Position numbers and translations under genes: made by a program | The notes under the pieces: generated by a model | Seen by the model: the letters and a program-made list of their open reading frames with translations, nothing else | What the model was told of the DNA's origin: nothing | Databases searched by the model: none | Source: Octopus vulgaris | Taxonomy: Eukaryota | Direction: 5' to 3' | Length of the DNA stretch: 64,000 bases | NCBI GenBank assembly: GCA_951406725.2 | Contig: OX597823.1 | Coordinates: 117,676,001-117,740,000, forward strand | Shown: one piece after another, positions 1-12,877 of the stretch | Position numbering within the stretch: position 1 is the first letter of the stretch | Layout of the letters: the number at the start of each line of letters is the position of its first letter

Positions 1-1848
1 TATGTACGTATGCACATTCATATAAAATAAAATATTTATATACCCACACCCAGTAACAGTTCATTTCTTAAACACAGTCCCTCTACACAGCACCTTGGGC
101 AACCTCTTCTCCAACAGCCCAGACTAACGTCTTTGTAAGTAGATGTGGTAAAAAAGAAACTGAAAGAAGCTGTAGTGGGGAGGGACATTTGTATGTGATG
201 CATGCATTCATATGCATACCTGTGAGTTGGTTTATGTTTGTTCTCTGAAAGTCACTGAGTTACAAGTAGAGACATTGTTGTCATTTCCTTTGTTAAGAAA
301 TCATCTACTGGCTTTGCAACATCAACGGCATGTGGTATCTATAAGATCCCTTACTTGAGAAACAGGTAAGGGTTACCATCACAAAAAGCAACCAGCTATT
401 TGCTGTTATAAGAATGAGAGTTATCAAATAATGGATTATTAGAACAATCAGTTTCGAAAGGGAGAAATAGCCACTGTTGCAAGATTAAACAAGTCTCTTC
501 ACCTTACTTTGTATCTTTTCCTTTGCAAACCACTTTATAGAGTAGACTGAGTGGAATTTATCATGGCACAAACACTAAAGAAGATACCTTGTCTGCAATT
601 TCTTCTCTAAACCAAATTCAGCTATAAAAATCACTGCTACTGACTCTCACTTTGCCCTTAAAGGACATTCATCAGAGTGACCACCAGTTAGGGATTACTG
701 AACTACAGAGTGTGGAACATTGCCAAAGGCTTACTCCAGCTCAATAAATTTTAGGTATAGGGGATCACTCTAGTTTAGTATTTCTTTTGTCTTACAAAAG
801 ACGGCCTTAGTAGTAACCCTTTCTGGCACAATGCCAAACAGCAACTTGTCTAGGCGAATTCTTTTCTTAATGTGTTGTGCTATAATACCTTCAGTAACTT
901 TCATAAGAAAGATCATTAATTTGAAACGTTTGTAGTTGCCATTCTCCCTAGAGCATTTCTTGTGAACTTGTAGCTGACAATTATATTGTTATACCAGTCA
1001 TTGCTGAAACCTTGAATGCCAACAAAATGACCCCTTTGGTTTCTTTTCACTAAAACTTAGGTAACATCACTGACTTGAACTATTGATATCCATTAATCCT
1101 CACACACACACACACAAACTTATTTTAGAAAACATGTCCCACTGCTTCACATTTCTATCTAATTTTACTTTCAAGAAAGGCAAATTAAAAGATTTCAATG
1201 AAAAAAAAAAAACTGAACAGACATGCCACCAATATTCAGAATTTGCCTTGAATGTCTCACAGCTTTGAAGATAATCAAACAATAGACTGAGCAACATGTG
1301 ATGTCAGCTTTTCAGCATGAATCTACAAGCAGGCAGCCAGTTGGTCAACACCAGACATCCATGGAGGATAATTCATTCCTGTCCAGTGGCTTTCGTGCAG
1401 ACATTGATACACAAATGTTCCTGAGAATACTGCAGACATCATCAACACTTACCCCGTCTTTTCTAATTAACTTAAGAAACGACACTAATAACTTTCCTTG
1501 TTTTTTCCTCTCTGTCTGAAGTACTCAGTCATATATTAATGCCACATACATACATACACGGACAAATACATAAAGGAAACCTCTCTCTCTCTCTACACCA
1601 CCACCACCCTCAGCTGGTTGGGTCACTTAATTGTAATTCTGTAATATTCAAGTGAAGAAATTTGTAATTTTCACTAAATATTAATGATCTTTATTTTTTT
1701 ATCACTGTCAGAACAATGACAATGGTGATGATACCAACAAGACCAATGATTACAACATCAACAACAACAGCTAAAACAAAAAGATACAACAATCAGAAAA
1801 TAAATTAGAGAAAAAAATAGGATCCTGAAAAACAAAAATGGGGGTAGC

Positions 1849-1854
1849 AAATAA

Positions 1855-1899
<45 letters not shown>

Positions 1900-2009
1900 C
1901 AATAATGACAATAATAATAATAATGATAATAATAATAATAATAATAATAATGACAATAATGACAATAATAATAATAATAATGACAATAATAATAATAATA
2001 ATAATAATG

Positions 2010-2040
<31 letters not shown>

Positions 2041-2223
2041 CAATAATGACAATAATAATAATAATAATGACAATAATAATAATAATAATAATAATGATAA
2101 TAATAATGATAATAATAATAATGATAATAATAATAACAATAATAATAATAATAATAATGATAATAATAATGATAATAATAATAATGATAATAATAATAAC
2201 AATAATAATAATAATAATAATGA
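1849..2223. repeat. Interrupted (AAT)n microsatellite
   Basis: About 375 bp of AAT with in-register GAC/GAT/AAC interruptions. It explains the poly-N/I/L/Y ORFs here. Confidence 0.97.
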
Positions 2224-2740
2224 TGGCAAGAGGCCAAGAATGCAACATTAAGAAGGAAGTAAAACATTAGACACAAAAAAAGAAAAGAAGACATTTCACA
2301 TGAAAGATTTGAAAATTTAATGAGTAACAACATAACTTTCACAGGGAAAACAACAAGGGAACCAAAACTTGGTATTTTTCTTTTGTGTCTTATTAAATTA
2401 TATTTCCCTTTACTACACACACACAAAAAAATAAAGAATACATAGAAAATACAAAAACACAAACAACTCACGAATCAAAAGACTTTATATTTGATTAAAA
2501 AAAAAATCCCAATGCAAAACAAAACAAAAAAAGAAAATCCCTCTTGAAAACAAAAGAAAAACCAAAAAAATCAGCTCTTCATTATACAGAGATAACTGAG
2601 ACACAGTTGATTGGGGGGAGAATAGCAAGACAAACCATTGTTGATAAGGGACAGAGAAAGCAATATTAAGACAAAGTTCAGAATGTTATTGGAAGGATTC
2701 AGTGTAGAGTATATTGGTTCAACTCTATTACTGTCCATGT

Positions 2741-3030
2741 ACACTATAACAAAAGGTGTACCCTCTTTTACACTATAACAAAAGGTGTACCCTCTTTTAC
2801 ACTATAACAAAAGGTGTACCCTCTTTTACACTATAACAAAAGGTGTACCCTCTTTTACACTATAACAAAAGGTGTACCCTCTTTTACACTATAACAAAAG
2901 GTGTACCCTCTTTTACACTATAACAAAAGGTGTACCCTCTTTTACACTATAACAAAAGGTGTACCCTCTTTTACACTATAACAAAAGGTGTACCCTCTTT
3001 TACACTATAACAAAAGGTGTACCCTCTTTT
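2741..3030. repeat. Perfect tandem minisatellite, 10 x 29 bp (ACACTATAACAAAAGGTGTACCCTCTTTT)
   Basis: Ten identical head-to-tail copies with no spacers, read directly. Confidence 0.97.
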
Positions 3031-3188
3031 CTTGGGTCTATTTACACATTTTAGTCATTGAGAAAAGCATCGAACACTTGATGATATGAGTGTATCTAAA
3101 CTAAGTACCAGTCCTCATAGGAGTATATCCGTCCCCTACAGAGTAGCCATACAGCTGGTCAGTTGCCTACATACTAGAGCCCATACAG

Positions 3189-4090
3189 TATGAAGTGCAT
3201 TCAAAAAGTATCTGACCTTTGGACATAGGGAAAAAGCAACTTTGTACATTTCAAGAATTTTAGTTAATCGCCTTCAAAATACTCTCCTAGAGAGTTCATA
3301 CACTTCTCGTAGTTCTGCCATGGCTGGTAACACCTCTGGACAACCTTCTCTGGAATGCTATAGAGCTCCACCCTCACTTTTCTCATAATTTCCTCTCACG
3401 ACTCAAATCACTTCCCTTTCATCATGGTTTACAGTTTGAGGAAGAGCCAGAAGTCACACGGTGCCAAGTCGGGAGAGTAGGGAGCCTGTCAAACATGTGA
3501 TGAGCTGTTCTTCACTGAGAAAGTTGGATTATGAGGTGCTTTCAAAAAGTATATGACTTCACTTTTTTGCTGACACTCTCTGCATGCACCAATCCTCAGT
3601 TAAAATGGAATGCACTGATCCTGTACTTATTGCCACTTTCCTGGATTATTACATAACATTCTTCAATAATCACGATTTGCCGAACCTTCTCAATTAGTTC
3701 CCCATTTTCACTTTTAGGAAGCTTGTCCAAGCATGCTTCACTCTCCACTGAGGTACAGTGGTTGTGCCACTCTTTGATATGAGTTTTGCCCATGGCATCA
3801 TCACCAAAGGTCTGCTGAATCTTCTGGAGGGTTTGAGTATGAGTATTACCAAACTTTTGGCAAAACTTGATGCAATATCTCTGCTCAGTGCATTCCACCA
3901 TCATGCATGAAATCAAAAATCTGGCAAGTGCATACAACATGTCTGTATTCTATAACAGCTGGAAGCTAACAAGGTCTACCAGTACGAAACTTTTCACGCA
4001 TGTGCAGAGAGGATGGTGTCACCTTTGACCCACAGGATTTTGCCCATGTGGCATTCGATTCAGCAGAATACTTTTTGAATACATCTCATA
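3189..4090 (-). mobile_element. Internally deleted Tc1/mariner DNA transposon
   Basis: Imperfect TIRs including the flanking TA: TATGAAGTGCATTCAAAAAGTAT and ATACTTTTTGAATACATCTCATA. ORF 3596-3940 resembles a mariner N-terminal HTH (EQRYCIKFCQKFG...). A degenerate catalytic-region remnant near 3430-3490 reads PYSPDLAPCDFWLFLKL. Confidence 0.9.
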
Positions 4091-4439
4091 TATAACAGAC
4101 ACCCTACAATATATCTATCCCCAACATAGTAAGCCTCATATTGTCCATCTGTTTCCTAAGAAGAAAACCACATACAATTAATTAATTTTCTTCATGGTAA
4201 TCCTCATATAGTCCATGCTACTGCAAGAGCAATAGGCCTCATGCAAGCTATCTGTCCTCTTAGATAAATGACATGCCTCATACAGTCTACCAGTCCCTTA
4301 AGTAGTATACCACATATAGTCAATATGCCTCTAAGGTATGTAACAGAACCCATACAGTCTAAGGTAAATGATAAAATTTGTGCATTCAACAACCCTTAAA
4401 AAAGTAATGGTGCTCAAATAGCCTATCAGTCCCCTTAAA

Positions 4440-5190
4440 GAAGTGGAGATGGTATGATCAAAATCAATGTCACAATTAGGTGCCCTCCAAGATTATTCAG
4501 GATTGTTCAGTCATACCACACAGACATGAAAGGTGTCATTCAGTTTTATGACACATCCTTAGAAGGCTTCAGCATCTGTAAAGTGAAACCTGGCCATATG
4601 CTTGTCCCCATTCTGTTGATGGTACTTTCTTCCATACAAGATGGGAAACCACTCCATCTGCCCTACTTGAGGGCAAAATTCAAAGTAAGCAAAGTATTCA
4701 TCAGAGATATACAAGATACAGATGATGTGCTACTTACAACACACTCAAAGAACAACTACAACACCTTATCAACTCAAAAGAGCTTGTCATGATTTTGGCT
4801 TGGCCATCAGTATGAAGAAGATGAAAGGATTAGACCAACGTATTGAACCCTCCCCTACCAATATCATCAACAATCACAAGCTGGAGGTAGCCCATGAGTT
4901 CACATACCCAGGCTCTAGCATTATAGATGACCTCTCTCTAGAGTCTGATATCAATAGACATATTGGAAAAGTGGCCTCAATATTAGTCAGGCAGACTAAA
5001 AGAGTCTGGAAGAACCGCGGCTTCACTCTACAGGGCTTGTGTTCTCAGCACACTGCTTTACAGCAGTAATATCCAAGTATCTATTCGAGACAAGAACATC
5101 ATCTCAACATCTTCCATCTCCACAACTTGAGATGGCTGCCGGACAAGAACTAGATTGAACAAGTCACCAAAATTTTTTCTTTGAAAGCAG
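4440..5190 (+). mobile_element. Degenerate RTE-clade LINE reverse transcriptase fragment
   Basis: Frameshifted ORFs 4454-4792 and 4722-5069 carry RTE-type motifs: DTDD (decayed YADD), ACHDFGLAISMKK, LEVAHEFTYPGS and DINRHIGKVAS. Confidence 0.8.
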
Positions 5191-5253
5191 ATATTAAATA
5201 TACACTATACCCAACAAGTACATATATATAAACATGTATGTAGATATGCATGC

Positions 5254-5291
<38 letters not shown>

Positions 5292-5805
5292 ACACACACA
5301 CACACACACATGTATATACATGCATGTTTTTGCATATAAACACATATTTGTCCAATATATGTACATGAAAACATAATGTACTCATAATATGCTTATACTG
5401 AGCTGTCAATAGCAATTTAGCCTACTTAACTTTTGCCATAATTCCAACAGCAGACTTCCATTTTAACAACTCACAGACTTGGAAATAATATTGATTTACA
5501 GAAATGACAACAAAGAAAGCTGACCAACGTCCATCAACTTGAACTTTCAAATCAGTGTTGGTGCTTTCATAGTTATTGACCAACACAAATGGGAAAGATA
5601 GAAAACAGAAAGCAGCAGGGCTAATTACACAGGTATGTGATGGACCTAAGAGATGTGAACTGGTCTATGCAATCCCAGTTTACACCATCTCATCGCTTTA
5701 TTTTAATTAAAACTGGTTAAGAAAGTCTGTTCATTTTTTTTTTTTTATTTTTCCTTTTTAATGGGAAAATAAAAGCAAGAAAGAAAAAAAAGTAATAAAT
5801 CTCAC

Positions 5806-5890
5806 CTATTGCTTTCAAGAAGCGAATCAAATCTCTGGCAACATCCCACTGGCTCTTCTCGAGGGCAGCATCCAGAAGGAGTGTGGCATG
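5806..5890 (-). CDS. RIC1: RIC1 (RAB6A-GEF complex partner protein 1) internal coding exon, HATLLLDAALEKSQWDVARDLIRFLKAI+G, 85 bp
   Basis: Acceptor ttcttccttctcacAG (AG at 5892-5891) and donor G|GTGAG. The peptide matches the recalled vertebrate RIC1 segment [29 protein letters not shown]. It joins in phase 0 to the exon at 23908-23994. Confidence 0.92.
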
Positions 5891-7204
5891 CTGTGAGAAG
5901 GAAGAAGAATAAGGGTATGAAAGATGGCACTGGTGATAGGGGTGCTGTTGACAATGATGGTGATGATGGTAGTAATAAGGAAGAGGATAATGGTGGTGGT
6001 AGTGATGATGATTGTGCTGCTGCTGCTGCTGCTGATGATGATGATGATGATTATGATGAAGGCAGTGATAATGTTGATGAAGGTGGTTATGATAATGATG
6101 ACAATAATAATTAAACATGGAACTTGAAAGTATACACCTTCACTCTACGAAATCACCCCCACTCCACATTCTCCTACAAAGCTACCTTTACTCCAGGAGA
6201 ATAAACCAAGATATGTATTGGAGGGAAAGGAGAAAAAGGGGAGAGAGAGAGAGATAGTGGAAGGGAGGGGGAGAGAGAGAGATAGTGGAAGGGGAGAGAG
6301 AGAGAAAGAAAGAGGTGAGAATGGATTTAAGCCAACAGCAAGAAATAGAAGACACACAGCAGACATCACGCATGCACACACACACTCACACTTACACACA
6401 TATATATATGGGTCACTTCTATTGCCATCCAACACCTCACTAACTGCCCTTAAACTTCTAGGGTGCTCTCATTGTATTCACCCATACCCCCCCCCCGTAC
6501 CAATATTTGTAATTATCCCAACACAATCTCCCCAACTTTGTCTGTAGTCACCCTCTCTTCTACCCCCACCCCCATCACTACCTCCACAGTACCCTTCAAC
6601 CTCTGTTTTCTTCACTACTCTCACAGCACTCTCCCACCACCACCACCACCACACCCACACACACCACTGCTTCCTTGTCCTCTTCCCCATTTCACTCTCC
6701 TAGCTTCTCTGCTTCTTCTTGCCTCCCCCCATAATACCCTCTCATCTCTCTACCCATGATCTCCACATCTCTCTTTCCTTCAATATTCTTTGCCACCCTC
6801 ATCAACTTCCCTTTCTTGATCTCCTTTCCCCTCACATCTCCCAACTATATTTGCTCTTATAATGTAGGATTGCCCTAGAGCCACCCTACACAACCCACAA
6901 TCATTTTTGAAATTGTATCCCTCCCCATCTCATTAACTTTTGACACTAATCCCTTATTTAACCCTTCCATAATCATCTCCTCTAATAGTGCCTGCTTTAT
7001 TACTCATTCAACCTTAAACCTGGTCCTCTCATCACCAAACTCCCTCATTACCCCACTAAAAATCACCACACTCTCTTCTGCTATAGAAGCCAGTTTAAGC
7101 CCTTAGTTTTGTACAAGTTACAAGGTGACCCCTCTAGTGCTAGTGTCACAAAAAAAACACCCAGCAAACTTTGTAATGTGGTTGGTGTTAGGAAGGGTAT
7201 TCAT

Positions 7205-7436
7205 AAGGCAGCGAGCTGGCAGAAACGTTAGCAAGCCGGGCGAAATTCTTAGTAGTATTTCATCTGCCACTACGTTCTGAGTTCAAATTTCGCCGAGGTC
7301 GACTTTGCCTTTCATCCTTTCGGGGTCAATTAAATAAGTACCAGTTACACACTGGGGTCGATATAATTGACTTAATCCGTTTGTCTGTCTTTGTTTGTCC
7401 CCTCTCTGTGTAGCCCCTTGTGGGCAGTAAAGAAAA
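7205..7436 (+). mobile_element. tRNA-derived SINE, family A (Nin/Deu-domain-like centre)
   Basis: Head GGCAGCGAGCTGGCAGAA with B-box-like GAGTTCAAAT, then GACTTTGCCTTTCATCCTTTCGGGGTC. Many copies occur in the window. Confidence 0.85.
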
Positions 7437-8875
7437 AAAGAAAAAAAAGGAAGGGTATTCATATACACAAAACATGCCAAAATTGACATTGGAATATGGC
7501 ATAATCCTCCAATTTATTGAATTCTGTTGAACAATCCAACCCCCGAAAGATAGATGGGGATAAAGTAGTGAAAAGGAGAGAGCAGAAGACAAAAAAAAAA
7601 AGCCTTTGATACGCACCAACTGGCAACTGAAAGAATATTCCAAACTAGATGCACTGGCTGCAACATAACATTTAAGTTAGTTCATATTGCCAATTATTCA
7701 AGCGTGATGAATCAAGATTGGGTGGTCTTGGAATGAAAGGACAATGCCATACATCTTAGTCTTTGAATCACTAATACAGAGGGACTTATCAATAAGATTG
7801 ATTGTAAACCAGTTTCACCTCATAATTGATCACAGAGGAAGACATTAGGGAAATTTCATGAAGTCAGAAGTGAAAACACTTTTCATGTTCAAGAACAATA
7901 AGGGTGGAACTGTTAGAATGTGGTGGAAGTGATAGACATGCTGGGGTATTAGATGAAATGTAGTGGTGGTGGTGGTGGTGGTGGTTGAAATGGGAGAAAT
8001 GTAAAAGAGAGATGGGGAAGAAAATGTGAAAAATAAGGAAATAATATAGAATAGAAAATGAGAAAAGAAAGATGGGGAGGAACAGAGATAGGAGGAAGGG
8101 ATGAGAGAATCAATAGAGTGAGCAAAGATGCGATACAAGTGGAACAGAAAAAGACAAAGAAGAGATAGGAGGGAGAGAGGTATGTGAGGGAGAAGAGGAA
8201 AGAGATGAGGAAGGAAAATAAGGGAGACAAAAAATGGATACCCTCACTGGACATAACTTTCACAGTTATTGACCTTACTAAATTACTTATTAAATAAATA
8301 TATATTTATTTGTGCAAAGAAATAGAATTGTTCAGAGATTAAATACTTCAGTGATGATAACTGTAAAAACAATAGACAAGTTAGTATTAACAGAGACAAA
8401 TACAGGTACGTATATACAAACACATGGAATATCAATGTACATATTGGCCCTATCTTGGTTATCCGGCAGGATTCACTTTTCTCAAGAATCACCAAAATAC
8501 TGAACTGCACCAATTTCACCCAATCCTAAATTTCCTGTAAACATCAGATTCAGTATGATACTGAATAGTTGTAAACATCTGTATTAAACGTAATAATAGG
8601 AGAGAAAATATTCATACAACCTTCCCAACACATTTACTTCTTTTTTGTTTCTTCTTTTTTTAATTCAGACACAACTTATACAAAACATATATTCTTATTG
8701 TGTGTATGTATTTGTCAAGTAATGATCCAAAGATGAAGCACTCAGCAGAGTACTGTAATATATTTAAGCTAGTCTAGTGGTCTGGACACATTTTCACTAA
8801 TCGAAAGAAACAGAAGATTGCTATAGAAACGCCAGAATAACAGACCTGTGAACAAGTCTACTACACACACTCACA

Positions 8876-8913
<38 letters not shown>

Positions 8914-9269
8914 AAACGATATGTTATATAATTTTTCTCACCCTCCTAGAGTCAATTTTACAGCAGATGACTGAGGCTGTTTTTATGCTGTAGGAGATCT
9001 AATTCCAAGCATGCAGTTTTGAATGCACATTGAACCTGAAAGACATCAAACTTTGATGATCTGACTTACATATTCCTCTATTATTCTCCAAATAGTTTTA
9101 AGATAACATTAAATATGTATTTTATTGTGTCTGGGGAGAGCCTGCCTACTTTGGATGTCACCAATCAAAAGGTTATGAGTAACATATAGACAAACCTAGA
9201 AACCTAGCTACACCAGCATTTAATATTTTCTTCTAAATAAATCAAATGCTCTATAGTCAAATTTGATGA

Positions 9270-9711
9270 CTGGCATCTGTACTAGTGGAGCACTAAGAGA
9301 ACCATACGAGAGACATCGAGGCCAGAGCAACAAGCTGGCCTCTGGGTCGATGGCACGTTAAAAACACCATTCCGAGCGTGATCATCACCTACTAGCACTT
9401 GTGTTGGTGGTACATGAAAAAACATTCGAGCAAGGTCGTTGCCAGTGCTGCTGGACTGGCTACTGCGCAGGTGGCACATAAAAAGCACCATTTGAGCATG
9501 GCCGTTACCAGTACCACCTGACTGGCCCTTGGGCCGGTGGCACATGAAAGCACCCACTACACTCTCGGAGTGGTTGGCATTAGGAAGGGCATCCAGCTGT
9601 AGAAACTCTGCCAGATCTGATTGGATTCTGGTTCGCCAGATCTCAGTCAAATTGTCCAACCCATGCTAGCATGGAAAGCGGACGTTAAATGACAATGATG
9701 ATGATGATGAT
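9270..9711 (+). mobile_element. Family C interspersed repeat with (GAT)n tail and internal GTGGCAC..AAAAAGCACC subrepeats
   Basis: Conserved GGAGTGGTTGGC.TTAGGAAGGGCATCCAGC...CCATGCTAGCATGGAAAGCGGACGTTAAA followed by (GAT)n. Many copies occur in the window. Confidence 0.8.
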
Positions 9712-11365
9712 ATAATGCAATAAGTGACAGAGTCAGAAGGAAAGTGGTAGACAGATGTGGTTACTTTGTTTTGCAGTCTACTTTCTCAATATATTCCAAA
9801 CTCCAGTGATGTGATAACAGCTAAGGAAGCAGGTTCACATTTACAAACAATATTTCTTCTCAGAGGCATCCACCAACCAGAAAACTTTATTTGATGGAAT
9901 TCACATTTTTAAAGACTTCCAAATACAGGTTTGAGAATAGCAAAACTAAAGTGCTGCTGAAGCTTTACACATCCTTCTTGGACTGACCCAGCAGATGGAT
10001 GCATGTGTGTGTGGCTGTATGTGTGCGTAAGAGGTAGTTTACAGGTGCATACATACACACAAAAGACAATGAGGGGAGGGGTAGCGTGCATATGAGATGG
10101 AGAGGCAAACAGACAGACAGACAGACAGACAAATGCATATACAGAAGATATTGAATCATACAAAAGCTGGCAATTTGGTCAGCATCAATCTAGTACATGG
10201 CAATCATCCTGAATACTTCCCATCAGTCTTAGTAAAAGATATGGATTATTTATGATTAGACAAGCACTTGATCAGTTTAGACAGTGGAGTAATTAATTAA
10301 AGTCCATGTGTTACTCATACTTATAGAGCTTAGCTCTAATAATAAATGGTCAATTATAATAGTGTGATGTTATCTGATCACATATCAACAAAAGTTACTG
10401 ACAACATATCAGACACCTTGTTACTGTTATAAAATGGAAAAAAATACTTTGGAAACATCAATTTTCTAAATTGTCAATGTAATCAAACAACAAACAAATG
10501 TTGTTGTGAAATGAAAATTATGAAGTTTAGATATGTTGGAAATGTTTTCTGAAGAATGAAACTTGAAAAATGCAGTTCTCTATCATGTTAAATCTTCAAA
10601 GGCAAAGTTAAATGAAAGAGACTTAAAAGGAGGGAAAAAAAATTTTTTTTTTTACAAAACAGAATTATGGATGTCTCACAGCAAAAATAAGACTCTTTGA
10701 CATTTCTGCTAGGAGACAGGTGCCTTTATGTGATTTCTGAAGTACGGTAATCAAGTATTGGAGAAGAGAAAATGAAGCATCTGAGATGTGATTCCAATAA
10801 AAAATCAAACAAAATAAAATGTGGAGAGTTATTCAATCACCATGTCCTTGTGACAGAAAAAAAAAATCCACACATGTTTTCTTTGGTTCCAGTAAATTCT
10901 TTTGATTCTAGGAATGCTTCAATTCATTGAAACCTGATATTCGATTCCTTGTAGCAATTTTCTTTTAAATTTTCATTTTCGAACCAAATTTTTATTGTTA
11001 CTATGGGTTGAATGGGTCTTCAAATTCAGAATATCCTGATTTATTGTAGTAGGTGTTTGACAACGTAGACACAGTCAAGTACAACAATATCTGATTTGTC
11101 ATTACACATCATGATGAAACCACATCAGATTTACAGAGGATATATGGAATATGTAGAGGAACAGTTTAGATGTTTTGTGTGATATGGGGTGGACCCAGGG
11201 AGCATCACAATGACAGCCATTTTAACATTAACCACTCGAAAGACTCAACATTCTGTCTTCAAACTTCTTTGTACAGACAATACATTTTATTATGACTCCA
11301 ACTGGAAGAGGAGCAGCACTCATGACCTTTGAATAACCTCTGAGACTGGAAAGGTCAATATATAT

Positions 11366-11596
11366 TTCTTTATTGCCCACAAGGGGCTAAACATAGAGGG
11401 GACAAACAAGGACAGACAAAGGGATTAAGTTGATTACATTGACCCCAGTGCGTAACTGGTACTTATTTAATTGACCCCGAAAGGATGAAAGGCAAAGTCG
11501 ACCTCGGCGGAATTTGAACTCAGAACGTAGCAGCAGACAAAATACTGCTAAGCATTTCGCCCGGCGCGCTAACATGTCTGCTAGCTTGCCGCCTTA
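11366..11596 (-). mobile_element. SINE family A
   Basis: Full-length reverse-complement match to 7205-7436. Confidence 0.85.
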
Positions 11597-11920
11597 GAAA
11601 GGTCAATATAATTGGTATTCAGATGGAACACCTATAAACTGATATCAAGAAGAAAACTAAAGTAGGATAGAATTCCAGAGGCGTGATATTCAGGGGAGAG
11701 GGGATTAAATGAAATGGTTAGTGTGGTGATTAATAGGTGAGATACAGTCGGAGTGACCCCAAGAAAAATAAATTGGGAGGAGGTGATATGCAACTAGTTC
11801 AGAGAAGCAGAGGCTGTTGCAGCAGTGGTAGAATAGGAAAGTAGAGAGGACACAACACATTTACATCAGAAACTGTAATGCGTTGATGAATGAGACTTTG
11901 TCAATCAGTCAGACAACCTA

Positions 11921-12075
11921 TTAACCCTTTAGCATTTAAACCACACACATCCAGCCCAAATATTCTACCTGCTTGTCAAACTAGTAAGATCTGGCTTCTC
12001 ACATCTACCCTAAAATATCATTCGAAAAGCATACAATCACATCACCAAAATCTCAATGCATGATTAATTCAAAAC
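11921..12075. mobile_element. Truncated TTAA-CCC (piggyBac-like) MITE
   Basis: Begins TTAACCCTTTAGCATTTAAA. A homologous copy lies at ~34600-34820. Confidence 0.55.
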
Positions 12076-12158
12076 ATGAACAAAGAGAAAACACAACAAT
12101 GCAAGGACATGGAACAAGTATAGTGTTACTGGACGCTCAGGAAAGGAAAGAAAGAAGG

Positions 12159-12193
12159 ATTTAACATTTCGAGCAGAGCTCTTCATTAGAAAC
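12159..12193 (-). ncRNA. Decayed minimal hammerhead ribozyme motif in a probable Penelope-type terminal-repeat fragment
   Basis: Minus strand reads GTTT-CTAATGA-A-GAGC TCT GCTC-GAAA-TG-TT-AAAT. The core has a G5A substitution. Confidence 0.6.
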
Positions 12194-12324
12194 ACAGAAA
12201 AAGGAAAGGTCCAACGAAGGGAAGATGGAGAAAGAAAATCACCAACGATACGCACACGGTCACATATTGAAATATATATATATATGTGTGTGTGTGTATT
12301 CATAGATATATATGCATAAATGCA

Positions 12325-12368
<44 letters not shown>

Positions 12369-12394
12369 CACACTCACATGACCAACCAGACTAT

Positions 12395-12640
12395 CAGACA
12401 TTGTTACATATCTCTGGCCACAATGTTTTTTGTATTGTTTTAGCCTTCAGATAAGACCACTCTGCTGGCAAGGCAAGCTGACCAATATCCCCCCTTGATC
12501 GAAAGGGGGACTGGAGCAATGTGAAATGAAATGTTTTTTTTTTTTTGCTCAAGAACACAATGTACCCTCCAGTCAGGGAAATGAAACCACAATCTAGCAA
12601 TCGTGAGTGCAAGAGCCTAACCACTAGGCCACACACCTTC
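12395..12640 (-). mobile_element. tRNA-derived SINE, family D-like
   Basis: Minus-strand head GGTGTGTGGCCTAGTGGTTAGG...ATTGTGTTCTTGAGCAA, similar to 56633 and 63289. Confidence 0.7.
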
Positions 12641-12685
12641 ACAATATATATATATATATATACATACACACACACACGTGGTGGT

Positions 12686-12877
12686 GAAGAAGAAGAAGAA
12701 GAAGAAGAAGAAGAAGAAGAAGAAGAAGAAGAAGAAGAAGAAGAAGAAGAAGAAGAAGAAGAAGAAGAAGAAGAAGAAGAAGAAGAAGAAGAAGAAGAAG
12801 AAGAAGAAGAAGAAGAAGAAGAAGAAGAAGAAGAAGAAGAAGAAGAAGAAGAAGAAGAAGAAGAAGAAGAAGAAGAA
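12686..12877. repeat. Pure (GAA)64 microsatellite
   Basis: Uninterrupted GAA run. It explains the poly-E/K/L ORFs. Confidence 0.97.

Noticed and set aside
1758-2471. Long poly-Y/L/I/N ORFs
   Set aside because: These are translations of the (AAT)n microsatellite.
2741-3030. CRISPR-like array (29 bp partly palindromic repeat)
   Set aside because: There are no spacers and no cas genes, and the context is a eukaryotic intron. It is a simple tandem repeat.
5891-6127. Poly-His/Gln extension in frame with the RIC1 exon
   Set aside because: A clean polypyrimidine tract and AG acceptor bound the exon at 5890. The upstream part is a degenerate CAT/CAG repeat.
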